A stretch of 64,000 nt of DNA, taken from the NCBI RefSeq assembly GCF_964204645.1, contig NC_134033.1, forward strand, positions 8,254,655 through 8,318,654, in the 5' to 3' direction. Each line of letters starts with the position of its first letter. Positions within the stretch are counted from its first letter, which is position 1. The translations under genes and the position numbers were made by a program. Below are positions 60,931-64,000 of the stretch, piece by piece. Below the pieces are notes generated by a model. The model ran no database searches and was not told where the DNA came from. It saw nothing but the letters and a program-made list of their open reading frames with translations. Source of the stretch: Tubulanus polymorphus (Eukaryota; Animalia; Nemertea).

Positions 60931-63900
60931 GTAAGTTGTAATTTTTCGGAATTTGAAAAATGTATATTATTCTTGACATAATTTTCCTAAGCCCTTCTGG
61001 TAATTTTTAATCTGACAATGATTTAATTTCATAATATCATGATCGGATAACCTCACATCTATTAAAGCTCAACTACAGTGATAAAGATGGTAACTAACCC
61101 TAATCCTAACTTTACTTTACCATACTCATTGGAACAGACCCACCCAACCATCAGAAAACTTGCAATCGGAATTTTGCAGATAAAGCAGTTCTAAGTAATT
61201 AAGAATCAATAATTAGATTCAACGTGTTAAAACAGTTTTGAAAAATATGAAATCAGAAAAACAATATTAACAATTCTTTTTAAACAGCAAATATTCATTG
61301 TTCATGGTTATATTCAGTGGAATAAGTTTCAATATTTTTCAGATTTTGAAAGAGCATTATTCATTTGAATCAGTAGTTTTCAGTAAAACCTGGCTACTAC
61401 CAATCTTTGGAGATTTATTTGAAAATGTTAAAAGTTTTTCTACCCAAAATGTGTGATATTTAATGAATATTTGCTGTAAACCGTTAATATTGTGCGTCAT
61501 TTACGCGCTATACTGTGAGACGGTCTGAATCAATTTTGATCAATTCATTTTATCTACATGTATTTTTCTATTAATTTATTTCTTTACTAAAAACAGCAAA
61601 ATAGAAAAATGCTGTCACAATACTCAATGCAGTTAAGAAAAAAGGAAAGAGAGTGCCCCCAGGGGTATTCTTAAAAAATTGTAGTCCAATCCCTGGCGGA
61701 AGAGGGTATCAAAGGCAAACTCATGGGTGGGAACTTCGGAGATTTTTGAGTAAAATTATGTTTAAGTGTATCGACCTTGATGCTGTGAATAGCGCATTTT
61801 TTCGTTTACGACCCGATTGTGGTGGTCGTTCTATTTTTTAACTGGAGATTCCTTTCATTTCCTATTGTACTTGAAAAAACATTACATTTCTGATTTCTTC
61901 GTAAATAAACTGATATTTGAATAGTGTCGAGAGTAATCAAAGTCTCGACGATTGTGCGTAAAATCTGCTTTAAAACCGATTTGATGTCGGTTCGAAACCA
62001 TTGAAAAGTTTACAATTTTTATAACGTTTAGATAATCATTTTCCAGACACTGAAATAAAGTGCATATTTTATAAACGTTTTGTTAGGTTTCCTAACATTT
62101 TTATGTAATCATTGAGTATAATTATTTGGGAGAACCTGTGACAAGATGCGATAAATCGCAAAAACATGTCTACAGAAGGCATTGGAGGTTTGAATTACGA
62201 CGTATCGTGGAAGTTTTTTCAAAATCATTACAAATGCATAAACGGTTAACAATGGTATAATACCACATCTTGGAAGTTTCAGTCATTAAACACGGGTTTG
62301 TGATTGCACTTGATAAAGTTGAGTCTGATGAAAATACTTAAGCAGCCAAATGGACTAAGGATTCACATGGATGTTGTCATATTTAGTGAGCTGCATGGGT
62401 TCATAATCCAGGCCTTATTTGAAATATTTATGCAACAGCTTTGCAGATAAGAAGAAATTCTAGATATGAACTTATCTTACATTGGTTTTAAGTTTATTGA
62501 CTCATCGGCAATAATGGTTAACTGTGCCTTTTGTCTGTATTGAACTAATCTGAAGTTTGTATTAGATATGCACAAAATGCTCGAATATCTGTATATATAT
62601 ATCATTTTCGTTTTTCAGAGCATTGGCTGTAATTACAAGCTTAGTGCACACAACAAAGCATAAACACGAAAAGCAAAAACGGTTTTACTTTTCTGCCTCG
62701 TTTAGTGATTGTGTACATCGCTAAGAACAGAGCAACATGAAACAAGCTAAAAACAATCATCTCTGTTTCATGTTTCATATTTATGATATTTTTCATATTT
62801 TTCTTCATTCATCAAAGTATTATAATTGCTTGTATAACTTTCATTATGTCTTGTTCTGTGCCTTAGGCTTTAATTGTCAGATCAGATTCAAAAGTCAAGA
62901 TTTAAGTCATTTAAAGAGCACTCAATTTAGTTTGGAGAGTAAGTGCCTCTAGGACAGACATACACCAGAACAATGAATGGTTTGTGTAATAAGTGTAAAA
63001 GGGTAGACTAGAGGATCAACAGTCGAAAATGTCAGTTTATTTTCAATCCTTTTGAACAGGCAACACGTAGACTGCACAAACTCACACAACAGTGATAATA
63101 AGTCCAGAGTTGGATTAAACTGTGCTATTGAATCCAGAGTGAAATTTAGAATATGACTGGTCCAGAGCATCTATCTATTTACAGGGCTGGCAAGCTGTAA
63201 ACCCCCTAAAAGATTTGTGTTTGTTTTTTCAATGGGGTTCATGGGTCTTCCCTAGGGTAGTAAAGAGCTTGTACCCGTCAGGCCAATGGTTTTTTCTCAT
63301 ATTTACTCTCAGACAGACTGATATATTGTAAAAAACCAACGAATAACAATAAAAACTGACAAATGAATAAAAGCAATAGAGAAATTTAGGTGAACTCTGC
63401 GCTATATTTTTGTGGGTGAATAGTCTTTAAGAAAATATGTCTGGTCCATAGGTCACAGAAAGAAGAGATGCAATACTGGCCCAGTTTTCTGTAGAATTTG
63501 CTATCAATAGGGATGTTATTTTTGCTCCTAAACCGGAATAGACCATATAAACCCATCAGAAGAAAAACCGGTATGACTCATTCAGCCTATCTGGTCTTAT
63601 CTGGCTGCTTTCATTATGAATTTGATCACAGTCTTGGTTATTGTTACTTAAGATGGTTTTCACATTTGCACATTTGTTCAGGAGGAAACCGTAATTTGTC
63701 AATGTCCTGGTGTTGCGCAACATGTTTGAAAGGGGCAACATTTTGTGCTAAGGCAGCCAGAATCCCCTTTTTACTAATTTGTCCAACGTTTGGTTCAAAC
63801 CTCAAATCTTGCCTCAAATCCGCCCCCGTAACAGAGCTTAATTCATGAAAGTTAAGTTTATTAACCAACTTATTGGAATGGTGTATTCAGAAGAATTTTG

Positions 63901-64000
63901 AGGACCAAGACCTATCCCTGTGTAAACCATCTGGTGATTTAGCTCATATGCTTACTGTGAATTTAATCACTGAAAAAACACTGTGGGATTCATTCATCCC

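Noticed and set aside
160-63868. Most short ORFs in the supplied track, including Pro-rich plus-strand ORFs and ORFs antisense to the BEL element
   Set aside because: They are antisense shadows of Gly-X-Y exons or of gag/pol, or chance ORFs in repeats.
63400-64000. Next alpha2(IV) exon, or a LINE RT remnant (KLVNKLNFHEL)
   Set aside because: The plus-strand Cys-containing frames stop or lack 7S spacing; the RT resemblance is too short to support.

Overview
AT-rich, repeat-laden genomic DNA from an invertebrate metazoan. The window is dominated by the 5' two-thirds of a type IV collagen alpha1-like gene on the minus strand: 26 phase-compatible GT-AG exons from the ATG at 59437 down to 3992, about 1116 codons. 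It has a signal peptide, a 7S domain (CKGC..CDC, GCNGTK) and a CxxC interruption; the NC1 end lies off the left edge. A divergent alpha2(IV)-like gene appears to start at 60579 on the plus strand, head-to-head across a ~1.1 kb GC/CCAAT-box promoter region. The introns hold a complete BEL/Pao LTR retrotransposon (identical 217-bp LTRs, AGTTT TSD, tRNA-His PBS), a decayed P-element-type transposon, several Helentron/DINE-1-like (HINE) elements, MITEs, a foldback palindrome and local duplications. The most interesting observations are: (1) two candidate collagen microexons (9 nt and 6 nt) whose lengths fit the local triple-helix constraints; (2) a P-type transposon whose transposase begins with a RAG1-N-like zinc motif and which carries a second, convergent spliced gene; (3) a TIR-less ~660-bp element inserted twice at the same TCCAG pentamer; (4) HINE tandem arrays with a CTCF-like motif in most units. 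All calls come from reading the sequence by eye; no searches were run.
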